Positions 49,861-57,915 of a stretch of 64,000 bases of DNA are shown here, piece by piece. The position numbers and the translations under genes are program-made. The notes under the pieces were generated by a model that ran no database searches, was not told where the DNA came from, and saw only the letters and a program-made list of their open reading frames with translations. The DNA is from Candidatus Latescibacterota bacterium (lineage in GTDB: Bacteria > Latescibacterota > UBA2968 > UBA8231). Location of the stretch: assembly GCA_964291625.2 (NCBI GenBank), contig OZ220089.1, positions 2,688,001 to 2,752,000 on the forward strand, given 5' to 3'. Numbering within the stretch: position 1 is the stretch's first letter; each line of letters begins with the position of its first letter.

Positions 49861-51649
49861 ACCATCGCCGGCTTATTGGCAGGCCGTGGAAGAGCTTCAG
49901 GAGAATCCTGGTCAGTGGCAAGCGTACAACTCGGATGGACACTGCGTTGTGCTCGCAGGGCCAGGAAGCGGCAAGACCAGGACACTCACCGTGAAGATTG
50001 CGAAGCTGCTGATTGAGACAATTCACGAACCTCGTGGGTTAGCGTGCATCACCTACAATTCGGAGTGTGCGCGTGAGCTGAAGGCTAGGCTTGAGCGACT
50101 GGGAGTGTATGAGTCCAGAAGTGTCTTCATTGGGACAGTTCACTCATTCTGCTTGAGGCGAGTGGTGATTCCCTTTTCAGCCTTGGCGGGCATCGAGCTG
50201 CCGGAGGACTTCCGTATTGCACTAGAGAGCGAACAAGAGGCCGCGTTTGAGGAGGTCAGGGCTCGGGTCAGCCCCGATGGGCGGTCGCGGGGGCTGCGTA
50301 CGATGGCGGAGAAGTACCGACGTACTCACCTTGATCGGGACGGTGCGGAGTGGCAGGAGGACAAGGAGTTGGCGGCCTTGGTGGCCGGCTACGAGCAGTT
50401 GTTGAGAGCAGGAGGGATGATCGACTTTGACGACATGGTGCTTATCGGGCTGAAGCTGATCGAGAGTCGGAAGTGGGTACGCCGGGCACTTCACGCACAG
50501 TTCCCCGTGGTCGTTGTTGATGAGTACCAGGACTTGGGCTTGGCGCTGCATCGGATTGTGAGCAATCTCTGTTTCCGAGGAGGTTCGCGTCTCTTTGCGG
50601 TTGGGGATCCTGACCAGTCGATCTATGGCTTCGCAGGAGCACGGCCAGAGCTATTTCGCGGCCTAGCGGACTCTCCCGAGGTGGAGGCCGTACAGCTGCC
50701 ATTCAACTACCGAAGTGGGGAGACGATTGTTCAAGCCGCGGAGATCGCGCTTGGGGAGACCCGTGGCTATGAGGCGCGTGGAGCTAACGCGGGATCGGTA
50801 GACTTTCACGAGCGACCGAGGGGTCTTGACGATCAAGCGGAGTATATCTGTGGTGAGATAATCCCGTCTGCAATGGAGAGGGTTGAGGGCCTACAGCTTG
50901 CCGATGTGGCAGTGCTGTATGTCGACAGGAGCGACGGAGACGTGATCGCTGGGAGGGCAAAGCAACACAAGTACGCTACAGTGAGGGTTGACCGGGGTGC
51001 ACCCTACCGCAAGACTCCGCTGATCAGATGGTTAGAGGACTGTTCTGCATGGTGCGCGGGGGGTTGGGCTACTGGGTCCCCGCGGTTAAGCTCTCTCCTT
51101 GGTACTTGCGCCTCCATCCTTGGGATGCATGCTGGGGATCGTGAGTGGCATGAGCACAAGGTGAGGCTCGTGGGAGTGCTGCTTTCCCAACGGCAGCCAG
51201 AGCTGTTACTGCGAGAGTGGCTGACAACGCTCAAGAGGGAAGTCTTAGACCTGTTCTTGGAGAGGGACATGACGTTGAGGGACGAGCGGGAGGCGTTAGG
51301 TGTGGTCACGGAGGCCTGCAAGATCGGCGGAGTGCTTGGAGAGTGGAGTGTCGCCGCTTTCGGTGGGCAGGGCGGTTCCCCTGACCACCTAAACCTCATC
51401 ACCCTGTGGAGTGCAAAGGGGCATGAGTATAGAGTAGTCGTCATGATGGGTATGGAGGAGGGACGGGTTCCTGGGTGGAACGCTAGCGAGTTGGAGAAGC
51501 GGGAGCAGCGGAGGCTGTTCTACGTGGGGCTCACTAGAGCGAAGGAGGAGGTCCACATGACCTACTCTGGCTGGAGGGAGAATCGGTACGGGCGACGGTT
51601 CTTTGATGGACCCTCGAGGTTTCTTGTGGAGGTTCGCGAACGTCTCTAG
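49838..51649 (+). CDS. gajB: UvrD/PcrA-family helicase, Gabija GajB-like
   Basis: AGPGSGKT, VDEYQD, VGDPDQSIY.F.GA, NYRS, SAKG.E, RLFYVGLTRA; overlaps the OLD gene. Confidence 0.85.
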   Translation: MSAPAVARPSPAYWQAVEELQENPGQWQAYNSDGHCVVLAGPGSGKTRTLTVKIAKLLIETIHEPRGLACITYNSECARELKARLERLGVYESRSVFIGTVHSFCLRRVVIPFSALAGIELPEDFRIALESEQEAAFEEVRARVSPDGRSRGLRTMAEKYRRTHLDRDGAEWQEDKELAALVAGYEQLLRAGGMIDFDDMVLIGLKLIESRKWVRRALHAQFPVVVVDEYQDLGLALHRIVSNLCFRGGSRLFAVGDPDQSIYGFAGARPELFRGLADSPEVEAVQLPFNYRSGETIVQAAEIALGETRGYEARGANAGSVDFHERPRGLDDQAEYICGEIIPSAMERVEGLQLADVAVLYVDRSDGDVIAGRAKQHKYATVRVDRGAPYRKTPLIRWLEDCSAWCAGGWATGSPRLSSLLGTCASILGMHAGDREWHEHKVRLVGVLLSQRQPELLLREWLTTLKREVLDLFLERDMTLRDEREALGVVTEACKIGGVLGEWSVAAFGGQGGSPDHLNLITLWSAKGHEYRVVVMMGMEEGRVPGWNASELEKREQRRLFYVGLTRAKEEVHMTYSGWRENRYGRRFFDGPSRFLVEVRERL

Positions 51650-51936
51650 GACGGGGGGTAAGGGGTGTCTATTTACGATGCTTAGGTTTGGAGGGGGTGA
51701 GGAACCCTTCGGGCCTTCATCAGAAGGAGGGAAGAGAGTCCTGATCCATTGCGTTCCTCTCTGCTCGTAGGGGATGCATCTCTTCTGGGGAGGGCGTCTT
51801 GGAGAGCGGCCGCAGTTTAGGGGGAGGCGTGGTGGATGCGGTGGGCGACGAATAATCTTGCTTGCTGCGGGAGACCGCAGGAGGTGGGTGCTTGAGTAGA
51901 ACCGCAAGGCAGACCGTATAGTTTGGAGGCGCTAAA

Positions 51937-52395
51937 GTGAAGACAGTCTTCTTTGTTCTTTCGGTAGTGATGTTTTATCCAGAGGCCAAGTCGGAAGATG
52001 CCGAGGAAGAAGGCCCTGTTCTGACTCTCGATAGGCTGTTGTCCAAGTCTGAACAGGCAGAGATGGGCCTGCACAAGCTGACGGAGGAGGAGAAGGGGCG
52101 GCTTCGTGACTACGTGGTCAGAATGTTCATCGCGGGGGTTGAGGAAGGGAAGAGGCAGGTTGGTAGCGCCCAGTTGTCCCAGGTCATCGAGAGCCAGATC
52201 GACGGTGACTTTGACGGGTGGGAGGGTGAGACGATCGTGAAGTTGATGAATGGTCAGATTTGGCAGCAGTCGGAGTTCTACTACCACTATCACTATGCCT
52301 TTATGCCGGACGTACTGATTTACAATTCGGGTGGGGTGTACAAGATGATTGTGGAAGGTGTTGACAGGGCGATCGGGGTCATTCAATTGAGATAG
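51937..52395 (+). CDS. Hypothetical secreted protein
   Basis: Signal-like N-terminus; IDGDFDGWEGETIVKLMNGQIWQQ; ggagg RBS; lower GC. Confidence 0.7.
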   Translation: MKTVFFVLSVVMFYPEAKSEDAEEEGPVLTLDRLLSKSEQAEMGLHKLTEEEKGRLRDYVVRMFIAGVEEGKRQVGSAQLSQVIESQIDGDFDGWEGETIVKLMNGQIWQQSEFYYHYHYAFMPDVLIYNSGGVYKMIVEGVDRAIGVIQLR

Positions 52396-52589
52396 GGCGG
52401 GGAGTTTGGACGGGGGTGGCAAGTTCGTTAGGCGTCGCCCAGGGCCTGGAGTGCCAGTCGACCATCGTGGCCATCCGCTGGAAACCGGGACCGATGGCGG
52501 TCAACTGGGGGTCGCCGCCACCGATCAAAGCACCGGAGTTGGTCTCGGCCCCCGCGACACACGGTCCAAAATGAGTGTGTGGTTGAGTG

Positions 52590-52700
52590 ATTCCCCTGCA
52601 GACATCCACATTGCCGCGGTTGCGGCTACTGCCGGCGCCTGCGCCGTCTGGCGCCGAGCTGGCCGCCGATCGCTTCAAGCACGTCAAGTTCAGGGAGTCG
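52590..52700 (+). pseudogene. Possible PIN/VapC toxin C-terminal remnant
   Basis: ADIHIAAVA..G, then in another frame ADRFKHV; short and frameshifted. Confidence 0.35.
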
Positions 52701-52807
52701 GAGACGTATACGGACCCTGCCAGGCGAGCCCCACGAGGCGTGAGCTATGGCCGTCAGGCAGCCTTGTGAGATCTCTGCGTCTCATCGCACTCTGCCGGAG
52801 CTCACCG

Positions 52808-52993
52808 ATGGAATACCGCGTCTTGATCGAGCAGGATGAAGATGGAGTCTTCGTGGCAGCAGCCCCCTCACTCCCCGGTTGCATCAGCCAGGGTGCCACA
52901 CGTCAGGAGGCGCTGACCGGCATCCGCGAGGCGATGACCCTGTACCTGGAGAGCCTTGCCGCGTATGGTGATCCCATACCGCCTCCGGTCTGA
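52808..52993 (+). CDS. hicB: HicB-family antitoxin (orphan)
   Basis: MEYRVLIEQDEDGVFVA..PSLPGCISQG.T..EAL..IREA..LYLE. Confidence 0.9.
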   Translation: MEYRVLIEQDEDGVFVAAAPSLPGCISQGATRQEALTGIREAMTLYLESLAAYGDPIPPPV

Positions 52994-53018
52994 AGAGACC
53001 GTCGAGCTCCAGGATCCC

Positions 53019-53359
53019 CCGCCAACCCCAGCCCCACCAGGCCGGCGCCCCACCAGATCGAGTGGCGCCGGAGTCCCCCCCCGGCCCAGAACCCCTGCCA
53101 GGCGCCACCCGGCCCAGAAACAGTGTGTGTGGGCGGTCCCCGCAGGGCGGTCCCCGCAGGGCGGTGACGGCGGCGCAGGCCGAGCCGAGCGGCGCATTAC
53201 GAGGGGCCGCGCCACCAACCCCCGCATCCAGGAGGCCCAGAGACCCGAGCGCAGCGAGGGGCTCGCCGACCCCTCGAACCACCCCCAGTCGATAGACCCA
53301 CCACCAAAGCCCCGCGTACGCGCCGCCGAGGCGCGGCCGGAGCCGCCGGCACCGCCCCC
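53019..53359 (+). repeat. Structured intergenic repeat element, copy 10 (full; 14-bp duplication at left foot)
   Basis: gggcggtccccgca x2 at 53131-53158, then the left arm; core GCGCAGC. Confidence 0.93.
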
Positions 53360-53433
53360 TCCCAGACCACCCCCACCACCCCTATCTTCAATCCAATCCA
53401 ACCCAATCCACTCCCCCAAACCGGACCCCCAGA

Positions 53434-55308
53434 ATGCCCTCCGACTACCGATCCTCCATCACCACCCAGGGCCGTCGCATGGCCGGCGCCCGCGCCCTCT
53501 GGCGCGCCACCGGCATGAAGACCGAGGACTTCCTCAAGCCCGTCGTCGCCATCGCCAACAGCTTCACCCAGTTCGTCCCCGGCCACGTCCACCTGCACCC
53601 CATCGGCCAGCGCGTCAAGCAGGTCGTCGACGCCGCCGGCGGCTACGGCGTCGAGTTCAACACCATCGCCGTGGACGACGGCATCGCCATGGGCCACGAC
53701 GGCATGCTCTACTCCCTGCCGAGCCGCGAGCTGATCGCCGACTCCGTGGAGTACATGGTCAACGCCCACAAGGCCGACGCCCTCGTCTGCATCTCCAACT
53801 GCGACAAGATCACCCCCGGCATGCTGCTGGCCGCCCTGCGCCTCAACCTGCCGACGATCTTCGTCTCCGGCGGCCCCATGGAGGCCGGCCGCGAGCAGCT
53901 CTCCACCGGGCCGGCCAAGCTCGACCTCGTCGACTCGATGGTCGCCGCCGGCGACGACCGCGTCTCCGACGAGGAGCTGGAGAAGATGGAGGCCGCCGCC
54001 TGCCCCACCTGCGGCTCCTGCTCGGGCATGTTCACGGCCAACTCGATGAACTGCCTCAACGAGGCGATGGGCCTGGCCCTGCCCGGCAACGGCACCGTCC
54101 TGGCCACCCACCAGCTGCGCTGGTCCCTCTTCGAGCGGGCCGGCGAGCGCATCGTCGAGATGGCCCAAGCCTACTACCGCGGCAAGGACAGCTCGGTGCT
54201 GCCGCGCTCGATCGCCACCTTCGAGGCCTTCGAGAACGCCATGAGCCTCGACATCGCCATGGGAGGGTCCACCAACACCGTGCTGCACCTGCTGGCCATG
54301 GCCCGGGAGGCCGGCGTCGACTTCACCATGGCCGACATCGACCGCCTGTCGCGCCAGGTGCCCTGCATCTGCAAGGTGGCGCCGGCATCGCAGGAGTTCC
54401 ATGTGGAGGACGTGGCCCACGCCGGCGGCATCCCCACGATCATGGGGGAGCTGCAGCGGGCCGGCCTCGTTCACGCCGGGGCGCGGACCGTCGCCGGCGT
54501 CACCATGGGCGACCTGATCGCCGCCGAGGACCTGCGCGGCGGCAGCCCCTCCGAGGCCGCGCGCCAGCGGGCCCTGGCCGCCCCGGGCGGGGTGCGCACC
54601 AAGGAGGCCTTCTCCCAGGCCAACTACCACGAGGCGCCGGACCTCGACGACCGCGAGGGTTGCATCCGCTCGGTGGAGCACGCCTACTCGCAGGACGGCG
54701 GCCTGGCCGTCCTCTTCGGCAACCTCTCCGGGGACGGCTGCATCCTCAAGACCGCGGGCGTCGACGAGTCGATCCTGACCTTCGAGGGACCGGCCCGCAT
54801 CTTCGAGTCCCAGGAGGCGGCCTGCGAGGCGATCCTCGGCGACCGCATCCAGGCCGGCGACGTGGTCGTCATCCGCTACGAGGGGCCCAAGGGCGGACCC
54901 GGCATGCAGGAGATGCTCTACCCGACCTCCTACATCAAGGCGAAGCAGCTCGGCGCCCGCTGCGCCCTGCTCACCGACGGCCGGTTCTCCGGCGGCACCA
55001 GCGGCCTCTCCATCGGCCACGTCTCGCCCGAGGCGGCCGAGGGCGGCGCCATCGGACTGCTGGAGGAGGGGGACCTCATCCGCATAGACACCCCGAACCG
55101 CCGCATCGACGCGCTGGTCTCCGACGAGGAGCTGGAACGGCGGCGGGAGCGGATGGAGGGCCTGGGGGCGGCGGCCTGGCAGCCCCTCAAGCGGCGGCGG
55201 CGGGTCTCGGCGGCGCTGCAGGCCTACGCGGCCCTGACCACGAGCGCCGCCCGGGGAGCGGTGCGCGACGTGAGCCAGGTGCAGCCCGGAGCCGCCGCGG
55301 GAGACTGA
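53434..55308 (+). CDS. ilvD: Dihydroxy-acid dehydratase
   Basis: [55 protein letters not shown]. Confidence 0.97.
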   Translation: MPSDYRSSITTQGRRMAGARALWRATGMKTEDFLKPVVAIANSFTQFVPGHVHLHPIGQRVKQVVDAAGGYGVEFNTIAVDDGIAMGHDGMLYSLPSRELIADSVEYMVNAHKADALVCISNCDKITPGMLLAALRLNLPTIFVSGGPMEAGREQLSTGPAKLDLVDSMVAAGDDRVSDEELEKMEAAACPTCGSCSGMFTANSMNCLNEAMGLALPGNGTVLATHQLRWSLFERAGERIVEMAQAYYRGKDSSVLPRSIATFEAFENAMSLDIAMGGSTNTVLHLLAMAREAGVDFTMADIDRLSRQVPCICKVAPASQEFHVEDVAHAGGIPTIMGELQRAGLVHAGARTVAGVTMGDLIAAEDLRGGSPSEAARQRALAAPGGVRTKEAFSQANYHEAPDLDDREGCIRSVEHAYSQDGGLAVLFGNLSGDGCILKTAGVDESILTFEGPARIFESQEAACEAILGDRIQAGDVVVIRYEGPKGGPGMQEMLYPTSYIKAKQLGARCALLTDGRFSGGTSGLSIGHVSPEAAEGGAIGLLEEGDLIRIDTPNRRIDALVSDEELERRRERMEGLGAAAWQPLKRRRRVSAALQAYAALTTSAARGAVRDVSQVQPGAAAGD

Positions 55309-55360
55309 GGCTCAAGCCTCGAGCCTCACCCGAAGTCCCGGCAGCCGGCCCCCGGTTCGA

Positions 55361-55918
55361 TCACCCCCCGCGGCCCTCCTCCCACTCCCTCCGCAGGATG
55401 GAGAGGCCGTGCTGACTGTGCCACGCCCCGTCGAAGAACACGGTCTCCCGGAAGAAGGCCTCCCGCTGCATCCCCAGGCGCTCGGCCATGAGGAGGGAGC
55501 GCTCGTTCGCGCCGTCGCAGTGGGCGGTGATCCGGTGCAGGTCGAGGGTGGTGAAGGCGAACTCCAGCATCGCCCGGCTGGCCTCGGTGGCCAGCCCCTG
55601 GCCCCGGTACCCGGCGTGGAGGAACCACCCCATGTCCCCCTGGCGGTGGACCCGGCTGTTCACCTTGATGCAGCTGGTGCCGATCACCCGGCCCGTCTCC
55701 TTGTGCTCGATCGCCAGGTGCAGGTAGGCCCCCTCCGCGTCCAGCGGCAGGTCGCGCGAGGTGGCGATGAAGCTCCTCGCCACTTCCTCCGTGTAGGGCT
55801 CGCGGCTGAGGTAGAGGGTGTGGCCGGGCTGGGCCTCGCAGTCGAGGTAGTCGGCCAGGTCGTCGTCCCGCATCCTGCGCAGGACCAGGCGCTCCGTCTC
55901 GATGCGGATCTCGGACAC
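55361..55918 (-). CDS. GNAT N-acetyltransferase (RimJ/RimL-like)
   Basis: IETERLVLR, YRGQGLATEA, N.RS...ERLGM..E. Confidence 0.88.
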   Translation of the reverse strand: MSEIRIETERLVLRRMRDDDLADYLDCEAQPGHTLYLSREPYTEEVARSFIATSRDLPLDAEGAYLHLAIEHKETGRVIGTSCIKVNSRVHRQGDMGWFLHAGYRGQGLATEASRAMLEFAFTTLDLHRITAHCDGANERSLLMAERLGMQREAFFRETVFFDGAWHSQHGLSILRREWEEGRGG

Positions 55919-55932
55919 GGGTCCGGGAAGGG

Positions 55933-56727
55933 TCAGTCGAAGAGGGAGGGGAAGTAGCGGTGCGGGTCGGCGGCGTCGCGGAAGAGGATCTGCTGGCGCG
56001 GCGTCAGCTCGATCCCCTCGGGGGGCTGCATGCGGTTGGCCGACCAGGCGATCTGGGAGACGCAGTACTTGTAGAGCAGGCAGCGCCGCTCGTGGGGCGC
56101 CCTCCAGGCCGCGGTGCCGTGGGTGATCGCCTCGGTGAAGAGGGTCACCGAGCCGGCCGGCGCCGAGGGCAGGATGACCTGGTCGGCGTCCTCGTGGGCC
56201 TCCTGGATGTGCTCCGGGATGCGGAAGACGGACTTGTGGGAGCCGGGGACGCAGCAGAAGCCGCCGTGGCCGGGGCCGGCGTCGGTGAGGTTCCAGGAGA
56301 CGACGACGAACCCGGTGTGCAGGACGTTCTCCGGCCAGTGGTAGCGCTCGCCGGCCACCGAGGGCGCGCCGATGGCCGAGGCCCCGTAGTCGGAGTGCAG
56401 GAAGCCGCGGGGGGAGCCCTGCCGCGTGCGGATGCCGTAGATGCGGTCCAGCCGGAAGCAGTCCCCCAGCCGGAACCGCAGGATCGGCAGGATGCGCTCG
56501 TGGTCGAGGAGGTCGCAGAACGGCTGCCCCCACTGCAGGAACCCCGGCCCCTCGGGCGACGAGCCGCAGGCGTCGCCGAAGCGCTGGACGCCCTCCTTGT
56601 CGGGCAGGTCCTGCCCGTCGATCCGCTCGTTGAGGGCGGCCAGCTCCGCGGCGTCGAGGACGTCCTCCACCACCAGGTAGCCCTGCAGGTCGAAAAGGTA
56701 CTGCTGGGTCTCGAGATCAGCCTTCAT
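55933..56727 (-). CDS. PhyH-family dioxygenase
   Basis: YLFDLQGYLV, LHSD, VPGSHK, TEAITHG, RR. Confidence 0.9.
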   Translation of the reverse strand: MKADLETQQYLFDLQGYLVVEDVLDAAELAALNERIDGQDLPDKEGVQRFGDACGSSPEGPGFLQWGQPFCDLLDHERILPILRFRLGDCFRLDRIYGIRTRQGSPRGFLHSDYGASAIGAPSVAGERYHWPENVLHTGFVVVSWNLTDAGPGHGGFCCVPGSHKSVFRIPEHIQEAHEDADQVILPSAPAGSVTLFTEAITHGTAAWRAPHERRCLLYKYCVSQIAWSANRMQPPEGIELTPRQQILFRDAADPHRYFPSLFD

Positions 56728-56824
56728 GGTGTGCTCCTTGAGGCGGACGAGAGCCCGCCGCCGTCCGGCCCCGGCGGCAGGCCTCCCCCGTCGCCCACGG
56801 CGCCTCGTCCGGCGAGAGACCCCC

Positions 56825-57826
56825 TCACCAGCGGACGGTCCGCCGGCCGCCGCCGGGACCGGCCTTGAGGATCGCCTCGGCCACGGCCACCGCCTTGATC
56901 GCCTCGGTTCCCGGGGAGCGGCACTCGGCCCGGCCGCGGATGCAGTCGAGGAAGTGGCGGGCCTGCCGCTTGTACATCTGGTTGAAGTCCGCCGGGGCCC
57001 GCAACTGGACCTGCTTCCCGTTGGTCCGGGTGATGCAGAACCAGCTGTGCTTGCCCTCGTCTCCCTCGGGCGGGCCCTGCGGTCCCGGGCCGAACTCGAG
57101 GCCGCCCTTGGGGCCGATGACGTCGGTCATGCCCTTGCCGCGGGTGCCCCAGGACCAGGAGATCAGCAGCTGGTTGCCGCCGGGGTAGCGCACCACCGCC
57201 GAGCCGGTGTCGGTGGCGGTGACCGCGGGGTTCACCTTCAGGGTGCTGGCCACCACGCTTTCGGGGTCCCCGAAGATCATGTTGGCGAAGTCGTAGTTGT
57301 GGACCGCCCCGTCGAGGAGGGGGCCGCCGCCCAACTCCTCGTCCATGAACCAGCGCCCCGGCCCCATGTGGGCGGAGCAGTCCCGCCACAGCACCGGGAA
57401 GCCGAGGCGGCCGGCCTGCACCGCCCGGCCCCAGGTCCCCCAGTGGGAGTCGTAGCGCCGGCAGTGGGCGACCATGAGCAGGGTCCCCGTCTTCTCGCTG
57501 GTCCGGTTCATGGCGCGGCACTGGGCCACGGTGCGGGCCATCGGCTTCTCCACCAGCACCGGCACGCCGGCCTCGAGGCAGTCGATGGCGACCGCCGCGT
57601 GGAGGCCCGTGGGCACCGCCACCACCACTGCGTCAATGCCCCCGGCGAGCAGGTCATGGTGGTCGTCGTGGACCGCCGCCCCTTCGTGGTCGGCGGCCAG
57701 GGCCTCGGCCGCGGGCCTCGCGGGGTCGGCCACGGCCGCCACCCGGCAGCCCCGGACCTGTGAGAAACTCGCGGCCTGGTGCCGCCCCATGCCGCCGGCG
57801 CCGATGAAACCGATCTCGATCATCAT
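56825..57826 (-). CDS. Gfo/Idh/MocA oxidoreductase
   Basis: IGAGGMG, VEKPM, GG.LLD.AVH. Confidence 0.92.
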   Translation of the reverse strand: MMIEIGFIGAGGMGRHQAASFSQVRGCRVAAVADPARPAAEALAADHEGAAVHDDHHDLLAGGIDAVVVAVPTGLHAAVAIDCLEAGVPVLVEKPMARTVAQCRAMNRTSEKTGTLLMVAHCRRYDSHWGTWGRAVQAGRLGFPVLWRDCSAHMGPGRWFMDEELGGGPLLDGAVHNYDFANMIFGDPESVVASTLKVNPAVTATDTGSAVVRYPGGNQLLISWSWGTRGKGMTDVIGPKGGLEFGPGPQGPPEGDEGKHSWFCITRTNGKQVQLRAPADFNQMYKRQARHFLDCIRGRAECRSPGTEAIKAVAVAEAILKAGPGGGRRTVRW

Positions 57827-57915
57827 CCCCTCCGTCCTGAATCTTGTCTGTCGCCGCAGCCTCAATCTAGCGTTGTTTGCCTCCGGATGCATGGAGCCGA
57901 AAGAGAGGAGCCGGC

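Noticed and set aside
52396-52440. GTTAGGC after the hypothetical gene as an attC R' site
   Set aside because: No matching GCCTAAC or paired L boxes upstream
13614-53359. Element as integron attC or enterobacterial REP/BIME
   Set aside because: No RYYYAAC/GTTRRRY ends, no GTAG tetranucleotide at the stem foot, much longer, and no IntI or RAYT in the window; analogous only
13614-53359. Element as a rho-independent terminator or riboswitch
   Set aside because: No U-tract, orientation is independent of flanking genes, and downstream functions are unrelated
13554-53419. Recurrent short ORFs sharing peptides such as ASPSLRSGLW, GPETRAQRGARQP and AVTAAQAEPSGA
   Set aside because: They are translations of the repeat element in several frames with inconsistent starts and indels, not a protein family
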